Source: Leucoraja ocellata
Taxonomy: Eukaryota
DNA: 64,000 nt
Assembly: GCA_036785375.1 (NCBI GenBank)
Contig: JAWMAR010000067.1
Coordinates: 3,410,001-3,474,000, forward strand
Reading direction: 5' to 3'
The notes under the pieces were generated by a model. That model was not told where the DNA came from, made no database searches, and was given only the letters and a program-made list of their open reading frames with translations. Shown piece by piece: positions 1 through 14,000 of the stretch; the first letter of the stretch is position 1; the number at the start of each line of letters is the position of its first letter. A program made the position numbers and the translations under genes.

Positions 1-61
1 AACCATCCTCTGAGGCAGAGAATACCACAGACTCACCCTCTTTGTGAGAAAAAGTGTTTCC

Positions 62-3000
62 TAATGTTTGGGACAAAGACCCATCATTTATGTATTTGCC
101 ACTGTACTCCACAATTTGAGATTTGTAATAGAAAAACTCACATGAGGTTAAATTGCACATTGTCAGATTTTATTCAGGGGTATTTTTATACATTTTGGTT
201 TCACCATGTAGAAATTACAGCTGCGTTTATACATAGTCCCCCCATTTCAGGGCACCATAATGCTTGGGACACATGGCTTCACAGGTGTTTGTAATTGCTT
301 AAATGTGGTTAATTGCCCCCTTAATTCAGGTATAAGAGCTCTCAGCACCTAGTCTTTCCATCACACTTGGAAACCTTTATTGCTGTTTATCAACATGAGG
401 ACCAAAGTTGTGCCAATGAAAGTTAAAGAAGCCATGAGACTGAGAAACACGAATAAAACTGTTAGAGACATCAGCCAAACTTTCGGCTTACCAAAATCAA
501 CTGTTTGGAATATCATTAAGAAGATAGAGAGCACTGGTGAGCTTACTAATCGCAAAGGGACTGACAGGCCAAGGAAGACCTCCACAGCTGATGACAGATG
601 AATTCTCACTAATAAAGAAAAACCCCCAAACACCTGTCCGACAGATCAGAAATACTCTTCAGGAGTCAGATATGGATTTGTCAATGACCACTGTCTGCAG
701 AAGACTTCATGAACAGAAATACAGAGGCTACACTGCAAGGTGCAAACCACTGGTTAGCCTCAAAAATAGGAAGGCCAGGTTGCAGTTTGCCAAGAAGTAA
801 TTAAAAGAGCAACACAGTTCTGGAAAAAGGTTGTGTGGACATGTGAGATCAAGTCAAGTCAAGTTTATTCGTCACATACACATACGAGATGTGCAGTGAA
901 ATGAAAGTGGCAATGCTCGCGGACAAACAAACAACCAAACAAACTATAAACACAATCATAAACACACACATATTATTTTATATATTAAATATTGGAAGGA
1001 AAAACGTTCAGTAAAGTTAGTCCCTGGTGAGATAGGAGTTTACAGTCCGAATGGCCTCTGAGAAGAAACTCCTTCTCAACCTCTCCGTTCTCACAGCATG
1101 GCAACGGAGGCGTTTGCCTGACCGTAGCAGCTGGAACAGGCCGTTGCAGGGGTGGAAGGGGTCTCTCATGATATTGTTGGCTCTGGAGTTGCACCTCCTG
1201 ATGTATAGTTCCTGCAGGGGGGGCAAGTGAAGTTCCCATAGTACGTTCGGCCGAACGCACTACTCTCTGCAGAGCCTTCTTGTTCTGGGCAGAGCAATTC
1301 CCAAACCAGATGGTAATATTTCCGGACAAGATGCTTTCCACAGCCGCTGAGTAGAAGCACTGGAGGATCCTCGGAGACACTCTGAATTTCCTCAATTGCC
1401 TGAGGTGGTAAAGGCGCTGCCTTGCCTTACTCACGAGTGCTGAGGCGTGTGATGTCCATGTAATATCCTCAGAGATATTTAAAACAGCTCACCCTATCCA
1501 CAGGATCCCCATTTATCCTCAATGGAGTGTACGTCCTCGGATGATGTGCCCTCCTAAAGTCCACAATCAGCTCCTTCGTTTTTTTGATGTTCAAGAGGAG
1601 GCTGTTGTCCTGACACCAGAGTGCCAGATCAGCCACCTCCTCCCGGTTGGCCTTCTCCTCGTCGTCTGAGATCAGGCCCACCACCACAGTGTCATCAGCA
1701 AACTTAATTATTGAGTTGGGGCTGAACCTAGCCACACAGTCATGTGTGTACAGGGAGTACAATAGGGGGCTGAGGACGCAACCCTGGGGCGATCGTGTGC
1801 TCAGGGTGAGGGACTCCGATGTATTCCCTCCCATCTTGACTACCTGGGGCCTGGCGGTGAGAAAGTCCAGGACCCAGGCACACAGGGAGGTGTTGAGCCC
1901 CAATTCCAGTAGCTTCCTGGCCAGTCTGGTGGGGACTATCGTGTTGAAGGCTGAACTTAGGTCTATGAACAGCATCCTCACGTAGCCCCCCTTCTGGCTG
2001 TCAAGATGAGAGAGAGCGGTGTGCAAAACCTGGGAGACCGCATCGTCCGTGGATCTGTTCGGACGGTATGCAAACTGCAACGGGTCCATGTTCCGAGGGA
2101 GGAAGGCGCAGATGTGTTTCTTCACCAGCCTCTCAAAGCATTTCATGACTACCGAGGTAAGGGCCACCGGACGGTAGTCATTCAGACAGGCTGGGGAGAC
2201 ATTTTTTGGTACCGGTACAATGGTGGATTTTTTGAAGCAGGCAGGGACCACGGACTTGTCCAGGGAGAGGTTGAATATTGTAGTGAGCACTGGAGCAAGC
2301 TGCGTAGCACAGGACTTGAGTACTCGCCCCGAGATGCCATCTGGGCCTACAGCTTTCCTCGTGTTCACTCGTGTCAGAGCCCTCCTCACGTCGTGCTCGG
2401 ACAGCGAGAATGTGTGCACATTCCTCCCTTCAGCTTCGGTAGCCAGCCCGCTGGCGGTATTGTCGATAGTCGGCAGACCTGGGGTGGTGTTGCACATCTC
2501 GAAACGAGCGTAAAAGGAGTTCAGGTCATCAGCTAGGGAGGTGCCGGCAGTTGCGGATGAGGGTGGGGTGCTCCGGTAGTTGGTTACAGTCCGAAGATTA
2601 ACTTATATCAGTGTGATGGCAAGAGCAAAATATGGAGAAGAGAAGGAACTGCTCAAGATTCAAAGCATACCACCTGATCTGTGAAACACGGTGGTGGAGA
2701 TGTTATCGCCTGGGCACGTGTGGCTGCTGAAGGTACTGGCTCACTTATCTTCATTGATGACACAACTGCTGATGGTAGTAGCATAATGAATACTGAAGTG
2801 TATAGACACATCCTATCTGCTCAAGTTCAAACAAATGCCTCAAAACTCATTGGCCGGCAGTTCATTCTACAGCAAGCCAATGATCCCAAACATACTTCTA
2901 AAGCAACAAAAGAGTTTTTCAAAGCTAAAAATGGTCAATTCTTGAGTGGCCAAGTCAATCACCCGATCTGAACCCAATTGAGCATGCCTTTTATATGCTG

Positions 3001-3413
3001 AAGAGAAAACTGAAGGGGACTAGCCCCCAAAACAAGTTTAAGCTAAAAATGGCTGCAATACAGGCCTGGCAGAGTATCACCAGAGAAGTCACCCAGCAAC
3101 TGGTGATGTTCATGAATCGCAGACTTCAAGCAGTCATTGCATGCAAAGGATATGCAGACAAAATACTAAACATGACTAGTTTCATTTACGACATTGCTGT
3201 GTCCCAAACATTATGGTGCCCTCAAATGAGGGGACTATGTATAAAAACTGCTGTAATTTCTACATGGTGAAACCAAAATGATAAAAATGGTCTTTATTAA
3301 AATCTGACAATGTGCACTTTAAACACATGTTTTTTTTTCTATTACGAATCTCAAATTGTGGAGTGCAGAGGCAAATAAATACATGTCCCAAATATTATGG
3401 AGGGCACTCACTG
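62..3413 (+). mobile_element. Tc1/mariner DNA transposon (IR/DR type), decayed, split by a nested LINE
   Basis: Inverted termini of about 200 bp (62-270 vs ~3200-3413) with an internal repeat of cataatg(t/c)ttgggaca; the right end is followed by TA. Frameshifted transposase: HTH (ISQTFGLPKSTVWNII), GRPR, CKPLVS..KARLQFAKK, HGGGDV, FILQQANDPKH, SPDLNPIE. Confidence 0.93.
849..2592 (-). mobile_element. 5'-truncated Rex1/Babar-type non-LTR retrotransposon inserted in the Tc1 transposase
   Basis: ORF 1469-2497 has RT motifs LNDYRPVALTSVVMKCFERLV, DPLQFAYR, PQGCVLSPLLYSLYTHDC, KFADD. C-terminus KARQRLYHLRQLRKF...RLRRSFF. 3' end is AATAAA plus a (CTTGA)n tail at ~849-870. Tc1 sequence resumes at 2593. 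Confidence 0.93.
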
Positions 3414-4482
3414 TATGTTACCAACTGGGCTTGATGTTTTATAAGAGTGCAAAATAATTAGATCAATATTTTGTTCATGAGTGACCACATAAATACAACC
3501 ACTATTTGCTGCATCATCAAAAATATGCTGGCATTTCCATAACATAGTCTTGTGTAATGATAAAAGGCAATAAAACAAATCACTCCCAGCTGGAGGCATC
3601 GTGGCGTCTAAAGCTCCTCATTTTCGTCAACATTACAATTCAGCAGTTTCATTATCATCATGCTTCTTCAAAGAAACAAAATGCTTGCAAAATATTATGG
3701 TACTGATGGAATTCAGCAGTTAGATGGCAGCACCCTGCCCTTGTCAAAAAATAGCATTATATTTTTTTTGTATAAAATGTTAGAAGCAGCGTAAGCTTCA
3801 TTGCAGGCACAGTATGGAGTCCAGATTGTCAAAATATTTATCCATTATCAAATATTCATCACGTACAACATTTCCTGAAACTTTAATGTTCAAACCTATC
3901 ATTCAACCAACAAGTTAATTCATATAGTACAGGTATCTTCAATGTGTATCTCAAGGTGCGAGAGAATTGTTATCAGACAAGATACAAAACAGAGGCATAT
4001 GACCAAAGGTTTGATCAAATAATTAGATTTTAAATAAACATTTGAAATCAGGAAAGGCTGAAAAGCAAGGTTTACCTAGCTCTCAAGGGATCCATCCTAG
4101 GAAATTATCTTCCTTATCTACACTCCACTTCCCAGCACCATTTGTCATAGTTGCGTCCGAAATCATAGTGTTGTTACCCACTATCTAAGCTCTTTTCTAT
4201 GTCCCTCTCTGATTATTAACAAAGCCAAACCTTAATAGCACATTATTTAGGTGTCCCGTTTCACCCCAAGCTGAAGTGCAAAAGTCATATTCCCAGAAAC
4301 ATCTTTGTAACTTCACCTGGTTGTACCTCCGCGTATCAAAACTCTCAGATATTCATGACACCCAAGCTCAGCTTTGCCAGCACTCCACAATAGGTTGCGT
4401 TACTTGAACAAATATAGACTCCAAGTGGTATAGAAGTAGTTGGGGGCACAGCTGCCAGAGCTGCAGTGATGAAAACCACATT

Positions 4483-5220
4483 ATTATCTGAATGGTGGCC
4501 GATTAGGAAAAGGGGAGATGCAACGAGATCTGGGTGGCATGGTACACCAGTCATTCAAAGTAGGCATGCAGGTGCAGCAGGCAGTGAAGAAAGCGAATGG
4601 TATGTTAGCATTCATAGCAAAAAGATTTGAGTATAGGAGCAGGGAGGTTCTACTGCAGTTGTACAGGGTCTTGGTGAGACCACACCTGGAGTATTGCATA
4701 CAGTTTTGGCCTCCTAATCTAAGGAAGGACATTCTTGCCATAGAGGGAGTACAGAGAAGGTTCACCAGACTGATTCCTGGGATGTCAGGACTTTCATATG
4801 AAGAAAGATTGGATAGACTCGGCTTGTACTCACTAGAATTTAGAAGATTGAGGGAGGATCTTTTAGAAACTTACAAAATTCTTAAGCGGTTGGACAGGCT
4901 AAATGCAGGAAGATTGTTCTTGATGTTGGGGAAGTCCAGAACAAGGGGGTCACAGTTTAAGGATAAAGGGGAAGTCTTTTAGGACCATATTGAGAATCTC
5001 TGGAATTCTCTGCCACAGAATGTAGTTGAGGCCAGTTCATTGGCTATATTTAAGAGGGAGTTAGATGTGGCCCTTGTGGCTAAAGGGATCAGGGGGTATG
5101 GAGAGAAAGCAGGTACAGGATACTGAGTTGGATGATCAGCCATGATAATATTGAATGGTGATGCAGGCTCGAAGGGCTGAATGGCCTACTCCTGCACCTA
5201 TTTTCTATGCTTGCTTCTAT
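4483..5220 (+). mobile_element. CR1 LINE 3' fragment
   Basis: LYRVLVRPHLEYCIQFW...IEGVQRRFTRLIPGMSGLSYEERLDRLGLYSLE. 3' UTR ends gaagggctgaatggcctactcctgcacct followed by a (TTCTATG)-type tail. Confidence 0.9.
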
Positions 5221-5366
5221 ATATTCAAAAGGATAGACTTTTATTTTAGATATTAGAGATACAGCGTGGAAACAGGCCCTTCAGCCCAACCGGGTCTTTG
5301 CCAACTCCATATACAATAGGGACAATTAAAACATTTTAACCAAACACAATCAACCTACAAACCTCA

Positions 5367-5495
5367 GATAGACACAAAAAGCTGGAGTAACTCAGCAGGA
5401 CAAGCAGCATCTCTGGAGAGAAGGAATGGGTGACGTTTCGGATCGAGACCCTTCTTCAGACCCTAAACTTCTCGACCCAAAACGTCACCCATTCC
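5367..5495 (-). mobile_element. Penelope-terminus-derived short element with a minimal hammerhead ribozyme core (5428-5463)
   Basis: Minus strand reads GGGT CTGAAGA A GGGTCTCGATCC GAAAC GTC ACCC: core CUGANGA/GAAA/GUC, stem II hairpin, stem I GGGU/ACCC. Confidence 0.75.
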
Positions 5496-7104
5496 TAGAA
5501 AGCATCCCATCAGGCAGGATGCTTGTTTATTCATTCACATTTTGGTGTTGGAACTGCTGTGCCAAAGACTGCGAGAAACCATTGACAGCTAACGCAACCC
5601 AGTCCCAAAAGAGCAATCAGAATCTCAATCATGGATCCTCTGACAGTACAACGCTTCCTCAGAGTCAGCACTGCAATGAAAAGTAATACTGATTTTTTGT
5701 AATACGTTAATTCATGTACTGTGTAATATATGCACAACTGTTCGGGCTCCGGAGACAGAGAAGATTTGCTTACATTAAAAAGGGTATACAGAAGGTTACA
5801 AGCATGACAATCAGCAACTACAAAATCAGCAATCAATCTGAAACACTAACTCTGTTTTTCCTTTCACAGTTACCAGGAATTTCTGATTTTGTTACAAGTT
5901 TGATATCAGATACCATAAATATTAAAGACAATGAAAGATTGAGGTTTGGACCTATGGCATGAAAAATGAAGATAACAAAGAAATTTAATTAGAACAAATA
6001 AAATATTAAAACATCCAGTTTAGGAAAGACATTGCATCCACTTTCAAATGAATAGAATATAACCAGATAAAATGAATAAAAATGAGCAAAGAGTACATTC
6101 AACGAAAGACATTTAACATATACTTTTGACAACATTTTTGAAAACATTTTATAACTTCAATATTTGAATTTTCTGTTACTGGCAAAAGCAAAAGCCAGTT
6201 AAAATATAGTTGAATATCCCTGACCCACTGACTTTGTGTTTTGCTAGAACATTGGAATCAGAAGAAGGGTCAAAACCTAAAATGTCTCCTATCCATGTTT
6301 TCCACAGATGCTGCCTAACTCGCTGGGTTACTCCAGCACTTTGTGTCCTTTTGTGTAAACCAGCATCTGCAGTTCCTTGGTTCTATGATCAAATGATCTA
6401 CTGAGCAAGTTTGAGGGGTCAAATAGTCTACATCTCTCTTACTCTTTTGTTCCTCTTAAGTAGCATGATCGCTTCAACGATCCCTCTTTATTTGTAATGT
6501 TATATTTTGTACCTTGCTAGGGAAGTTGCTTTTATTTACTAGCAAAAACGTTCTAACTATCTCCCCCCAGTGGAAATGGCTCATACTGCAACCTGGTCAA
6601 CTTACTGCTATGTTCTTGCTCTTTTGTTCCACCTTTATCCGGACAACCAAGGTACGTTCCTGAATCAAATATCAACCTCATTAATTAAGAAAACTGGGAT
6701 CTTAAGAAAATATACCAATTATTATTTCTGAACAGAGGAATCAGTTGTGAAATCTATCTATAAAACATTGCTGATTAAAATCTCGTGGATAAGAGGATGA
6801 ACTCTGAAAAAAGGAAATGCTCCATTTTTTTTGTGGTGCTAGGATTAGAAGGACTTGGTATAATGGGGCCGCTGCAGCATGTAAATGTTCTTATTCCAAC
6901 TTCTGCCCAGTCTACCTTCCCTATAGCCAGTATTTCACTGTGCATCCTGCTGCAGAGAGGTACTGAAATCAGGCATAAAGCTTAATGGCAATATCTTCCC
7001 TACTAATTATCTAATGCATAAAATTTATCTTTGTGTGATACTATTAGCTAATGTATTACTATTTGCCATATCATATATAGCTACAATTTTTCATTCTTTA
7101 CTTT

Positions 7105-7390
7105 TAGACTTTAGTGATACGGCGCGGAAACAGGCCCTTTGGCCCAGCGAGTCCTCGCCGACCAGCAATCACTCCGTAAATCATCACAATCCTACACACG
7201 TGGGACAATTTACAATTTACCGAAGCCAATTAACCTTTTTAGAATGTGGGAGGAAACCGGAACACCCGGAGAAAGCCTATGCAGTCAGAGAGAATGTTCA
7301 GACTCTGTACAGACAGCACCCGTGGTCGGGATCAAACCTGGGTCTCTGGCGCTGCAAGGCAGCAACTATACCGCCATGCCACCCTGCCGC
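7105..7390 (-). mobile_element. tRNA-derived SINE (V-SINE/HE1-like) with CR1-type 3' end
   Basis: Minus-strand head ggcagggtggcatggcggtatagttgctgcc has A- and B-box-like motifs. Central ggtgttccggtttcctcccacattc domain; tail gggccaaagggcctgtttccgcgccgtatc. Related copies lie at ~12360-12750, 14385-14668, 18190-18460, 42998-43200 and 50925-51217. Confidence 0.75.
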
Positions 7391-7883
7391 CCTCATGCTG
7401 CATTAATATTCTTATTAATTAGTAGTTTATAGCTTAAAATTTAAAATGAAATCATGTGCTGTAGTTTCTGCTGACACTATTGAGAGCATAGAGAAACCTG
7501 ATGGAAATTTGCCCCGCAACACTTTAAAACATAGATGCATCAAAAGTAGAGTGCTACCTAGCACAAGGCTTAGATTGCTTCCAGGAATTTCTGGACAAGT
7601 ACTTGAAAGTCACACATTGCATTTTATATTCTCCTTTGCATTTTAGAAATTCTTTACCCAAATCCATAGGGATGTAATAATAAGTCTATCATTCAAAAGA
7701 AGAATACTCTTAAACATTTCCTGCCCTGTAACTTATTAAAACAAATAATAGTCATGATGACTACAAAACTACAAGATTGTTATTATATGTTACCTGGTTC
7801 ACTAATATCCTACAGGGATGGAAACCTACCCTCCTTATCATAGTTTATAAATCCCAGTTTATACATGACTCCAGATCTACTAA

Positions 7884-8044
7884 AGATACACACAAAATGC
7901 TGGACTGAAGTTTGAAGAAGGGTCTCAACCTGAAACGTCACCCATTTCATCTCTCCAGAGTTGCTGCCTGTCCCACTGAGTTATTCCACCATTTTATGTC
8001 TATCGTCCGTTTAAACCAGCATCTGCAGTTCCTTCACACACATA
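7884..8044 (+). mobile_element. Hammerhead-type Penelope-derived short element with 14-bp TSD
   Basis: Flanked by tccagatctactaa (7870-7883 and 8045-8058). Contains tgaagaagggtctcaacctgaaacgtcaccc. Confidence 0.75.
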
Positions 8045-11000
8045 TCCAGATCTACTAATGTGATTAACTAGACAATAGCCTTATAAGAGCTATGAGAGAT
8101 AGGAAAATAAGGCTGGCATTCATGGGGGGAGGGAGGGGGGGGGGGGAGATTGGTTTTCATGGTGAAACTATTAGCATAATATTTAGTTCATCTCCTGGAA
8201 AGGATGCTATGCACAGTGATGCTTCAAAAGCAAAGCAAATGAATGTCGAATTTACATTAGAACAGTGAAACTAAGAAAATAATTGAATCTGTATCCTACT
8301 ATAACCACAAGAACAACAATATTTAGTTAAATAGCACCATAAACATTGCAAAGCATCTTAAATGTGCAAAGAAACAAAATTTGACATCAGCCACGCGGCA
8401 AGATATTAGAGCTGAAGATATAAAGCTTGGTAAAATAAATGGATTTTAAAAAGGAATTTGAAGGAGAGAGCTACAGAGGTGGAAAAGGGGTTAGGGGAAG
8501 AGGGCAGGAGAATGGGGTTAGGAGGATGAGATAAATCAGCCATGATTGAATGGCGGAGTACATGATGGACCAATTGGCCTAATTCTGCTCCTATCACATA
8601 TGGAAAAAAATAGCAGGGCTTGGTTAGTAAAAGCACATTATGAACTATGAAGAGCAATTAATTTGGTGGATAATTACCAAGTCAGCAAGGAAAGAGGCAG
8701 ATTTCTTCGTCACTAAAGGTCAAGATGCAAGTGCAACAAATGTAACTATTGGTAGGAGGGTTCTTTATTAAGAAGAGATTTGATTACAACAGTAAATAAG
8801 TCTAATTGCAATTATTTTTAGCTCTGGTGCGACCACACCTGGAATATTCTGTAGTTTTGATATTTGTACCCAAGGAAGGATGTACCTGTCATAATGGATT
8901 AGCTCCAGCATTGGTGGGTTTGCTGTCTGAGAGATAGTGTGCAGGGGACATATTCTTTCGAGTTTGGAATAAGAGGAGATTTTATTGAAACATAACACAA
9001 TTGTAAAAGAGATTGACAGGCCAGAAGCAAGGAGGATATTTCCCTCGAGTGAGAAGTTTTAGGCCAGAAAGCACAATTTGAGAATAAGAAATTGGCTATT
9101 CAGGGCTAAGATGAGAAGAAATTTTTCATTTAGTGAGCAGTGAAGCCTTTAAATTCTTGGCTTGAGAAATCTGTGTGGTTATATTCATTCATAATAAAGA
9201 TGGATAAATGAGTGGGAAAGTTAGTTAAGATATGTACATACAGTATATTTACATTGTTTGCACAACCCCATTGCAAATAAGAAGCGCTAATGTTATTGAG
9301 GTGAAGCTATGATTGTAGACAATCTAGTTTAGCCAGACAGTTATGGGGAATAGAGTTTATGGAATGTATCCAATGAAACTTGCTTAGCTATCGATGCCAG
9401 AAAGCAGGATGTGGAAAATGTATCTTGTCAACAAAGTGAAAATCTTTTTTATTCACACCAAAATGACGCCATGAATTCGCCAACTTCGATATCTCAAAAA
9501 TAGCATATTTTGAAGAAGCTGTTTGACTTTTATGATTCTAAATATTGATAAAAAATACATCTGTTGATGCTCCTGAACACATCATCAGTGATGTAACCTG
9601 AGCTGTTTGACTTTTATGATTCTAAATAAAACAAATTGGGTGCCCAGTGGTTACAACATTGAAGTTCATTATCAGGCAGGAGGTATAGAAGCCTCAAGTC
9701 ACACTCCACCAGGTTCAGAAACAGTTACTTTCCCACAACTATCAGGTTCTAGAAGCAACCCGCACAACTTTAATCCTACCTCGACATCAGAACCACCTCT
9801 TGCACTACCTTGGATTTATTTTTTACTGTGTTTTGCACAAATGTCTTTTTATTTTTGCTTTGCTGTCTTGCACAATTTATGTTCTTACGTTTGTCTGAGT
9901 CTATGTGACACTGCTGCAAGCAAGATTTTCATTGTTCCTACACCATGTGCACATGGCAATAAATGTGACTTGTCTAACTTGAAATTCTTTAAAGGCATTA
10001 AAAGCTGAATGTTGTTAAGGAAGCCATCAGATTGCAGAATTTTGTAGTAACAACCTTGTAGAAATTTAGTACGACTTCTTCCAGTCTACATTCCCTATCA
10101 TGGCCCAGTGCCAATTTAATGCCTTAAAGTGATGACACTTGCATAAATTTTCTGCACAAATACAAATGCAACCCAAGAAAACCGCAACAAATGGGTTTTT
10201 AAAGAATGGTATATATATTTGCAGAACAGAAAATATATTAATATGATTTATGCAATGCTTTGCCAAGGAGACAGGATGAATCCTTAATTCATTCGAGGAA
10301 TAAGCTTCCAAATACTCTGATGGGTTTTTAGAATTCACCAACGAGAACACTATTCGGGAATATGATCTTTTATTTAGTTATAAATCCTTCTGACAAAAAT
10401 GTTCATAAAAATAATTGAATAGACCATACTAATAATGTAAGCAGAACTTGTTCATGTGTATCTTTTTCCTATTTCCTTTTTCCTACATTGTGTAGTTAAG
10501 TTCCAGATGTAACGGACAGAAAGAAGAGAAGCTTTGAGTCTGTATATTGTTTTATCCATTCCTTTTAAGGTACAGGTATCTCAAGTAAAGACTGATAATA
10601 GCTCCTGAACCATCCTACCAAAAATTAGAGAGCAGTCCTGAACTACTTTCTATCTCATTGGAGATCCTTGGACTTTCTTTGATCGGACTTTACCGACTTT
10701 ATCTTGCACTGAACGTTATTCACGATATCTCCTTTGTGATGTACCTGGATTGTAATCATGTATTGTCTCTCCGCTGACTGGTTAGCATGCAACAAAAGCT
10801 TTTCACTGTACCTCGGTTCACATGAAAATAAACTAAACTGAAACTGAATGTGTAAATCATAGCAGCCTAGAATTCTAGTGTACTCTACAAGTGAATTGGG
10901 GATTGCAACCTCTCGTCATAGGTTGTGCAGCATAGCTGAAGCGTATAAGAATAAAGGATGAACTTGTAGAAACATATAAGGGATTGATAAGCTGGATGCT

Positions 11001-14000
11001 GACAGAATGTTTCCGTTGGTAAAGATATCAAGAACTAGATGGTATAAACTACTACCCTGTGTTTGAGAGGGAAATTTACAACTTGCCAAAGAAACCATTA
11101 TATAGGAATCTGAAAAATCAAAATTTGTTTTGATTTGACTGGAAATGGTTGTATCCTTAATCTTGTAGTATTTTAACTTTATTTTTTGCTGTGAAGAGGT
11201 TTATAGAAATACAAGACTATCTTGTAACTAAGAAGCACATAAGCTGATATCTATTTGAAATTAGATTTTTATGTATCATCACAAATTAATCTTATTAGAA
11301 TGAATACAGAAACCTTTGCTATCAACTCAATCAACAATAATTAATCAGAAATGTTATAACGAGAAATTTAATTCATTTTTAAAATCCAAATTTAAAGGTT
11401 TTTAACTACTTAGAATTTAGAGCACTACATCAAAATTGTATTACTATAATAGAACATAGAGCACAGAACAGTAAAGCACAGGAACTAACTAAATATCTAA
11501 AAGCTTTTTAAATGCCACTATCGTATTTGCCTCCACCACCGCCCCTAGCAATGCGTCCCAGGCCCCCACTATTTTCTGTGTAAAAAATCTGCCCCGCACA
11601 TCCCCATCATCTATGTTTTTCTTAATTGTATATTTATCGGAAGCAGGAAACTTCAAGTTACTGACAGAATAAGCAATATATTAATATTGAGAAAGCCTTC
11701 ACAAAAAAATCATGATGTAAATGCACCAGAAGTTTCAAATAGCCTTTTCAAACAGTTACTTTCGCCAATCTATTCAAAGTAACTGTAATTGGCATTTAGA
11801 ATATAAGAAAAATGCTCTGAATAATTAATCTGCGTAGATTTTCATCCTTGAAGTAGGTGTCATAGCATCATGATTTGTGACGTTCAAGACCCCATTATAT
11901 TCCTGCAATCAGTAAGTCAATTATTTTTGATGAATTCCTCTATTAATTATTTCTTTTTTTAATCTTAATAATATTTCTGTTCATTTGTCTTCCCTTTCTT
12001 TCCTGCTTACATTTACATCTTACATTTCTAAATGTGCAAAAATATATATATATTTACTATATCCTATCCTTTTTCTCCAACAAGCTCATAATGCTTTACT
12101 TGTTTAACTATGCAGGAGTAATAATTTGAACTATTTTTCAGTTATAAAGTCATAGAGGCGTACAGCACGGAAATCTGCCTTTCGACTCAACTTGCCCATG
12201 CCAACCAAGATTGCCCATCTATGCAAATCCCACCTGCCTTAGAACTTTCCTATCCATTAATCAATTTTCTGTTGTAAAGTCAGAAATGTGCACTCACACA
12301 TATTGATAGCATCACTACAATGTGAAAAGTACAACAGAGAAATGACCTACGTTATAACATCCTAGAGGGATACAGCATGGAAATAGGCTCTTCAGCCTAC
12401 CTACTCCACAGTGATCTATCCCCAGCTATTAACATTACTCCTACACTCACGTCATTCACGGTACAATCTATCTACACCCCAGATTCTAGCACTCACTTAC
12501 AGCCTAGGGGCCATTTTAAGTGACCAATTAATCTACTGACCAGCACGTCTTTGCGATGTGGGAGAAAACCCACGTAGCCACGGGATGACTATGAACCTGT
12601 TAGTAAAATGGTTCACAAGGGTCGCAAGCCACAAACCACAATTTTCAAAACACAAATTTTAGATCAAGCTCCATACAGATAGTACCCAAGTTTAGGAGTG
12701 AACCTGGGTCTCTGGTGCTGAGGCGGCGGTTCTAATAACTGTGCCACACTATTAGGGTAATCATAACATGAGGTGCCTATTCCAATTCCCTGTTGAGCTA
12801 GACATCACGGGGCAAACATTTAAAAACATGTACCAATTGCTTTTATTGAATAGCTTGCACACAAACATTATTTTTTTACTCTTTCAATTTTTAGGAAATG
12901 TTCTTTCTGATGGAAGTTTTCTGTTTTTTATTATGGGTAATGTGCTCTATATTGGCAACAAAACTTGTTTTTGTTATTTCTTTTCCCAATTCCAATAAAA
13001 GATAACAATGCTTTTAATTCCCAACTCCATCTCAATGTCTCAATTTTCTATTTTACTGCATGAAGAAAATGATTTGTTTTGTACTACCATTTTGTTTTTG
13101 TGACCCTGTGGATAGACTTCAGGAATTATACCACAATTTTCAAAACACAAATTTTAGATCTTAAGTGCTGAAGTAAATTACATGAAATTCAATCTGCCTC
13201 GGAAACCTGGAAATATGTCAAGCAGATATTGAAGAACATAGATCACAATAAAAACAATTAATAAGTTAGCAGACATAAATAGGCGGCTCTGGTTAGTGGC
13301 AGAGGGAGACACAAGGAAAAAAAGATGAAACAAACAATGCAAATAGAAAAAATAAGTAAAAGTAGAAAGAAAATAAAAGGCTAATAATAACATAAATAAT
13401 TGTGGATTGAAGTGTTGAGGTACTGATGCTGAAGCTAATGTGCAAATATATATATCAAGTGCTTTGTATTTATTCATTCCTGCTAGGAATTCAATGTACC
13501 TTATCACATTTTCCATTCCACAATGTTGACATTATCTCACAGTTATAAAACGATAAATCTCCCAATGCCGATGCCCAGAAATTAATTACATAAAGCTCGT
13601 ATTCGTATTCCAATGTAATGCTTCTGAAAATTCTACTACTTGTGTACCTCTGGAAATTCAACCAAATACTTCTGGGGGACAAGTCATCTCTACAACCCTG
13701 GAGAACTGTAAGGAAACTTGGCCTTGTATCCTTGGAGTGCACATTGGTTGGTACTCCCATGTCAATAGGCCCTCCCTACTGTAACGTGTACAAGATCACG
13801 AGGGGCATGGATAAAGTGAATGCTCAGTCTTTTTTTCCCCAGAGTAGTACATTCTTAAATTAGAGGGCATAGGTTTAAAGTGAGAGGGGAGAAACTTAAG
13901 AGGGTCCGAAGGGGCACTATGTCATTCACAGGGCAGTCTGTAACTAGAATGAACTGCCACAGGAAGCTAAAGAAGCCAATACCATTATGGCATTTAAAAG

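Noticed and set aside
9455-9495. Possible alternative CLIP4 terminal exon (YRSW.. then stop and AATAAA)
   Set aside because: Weak GAG acceptor and only a trivial motif match.
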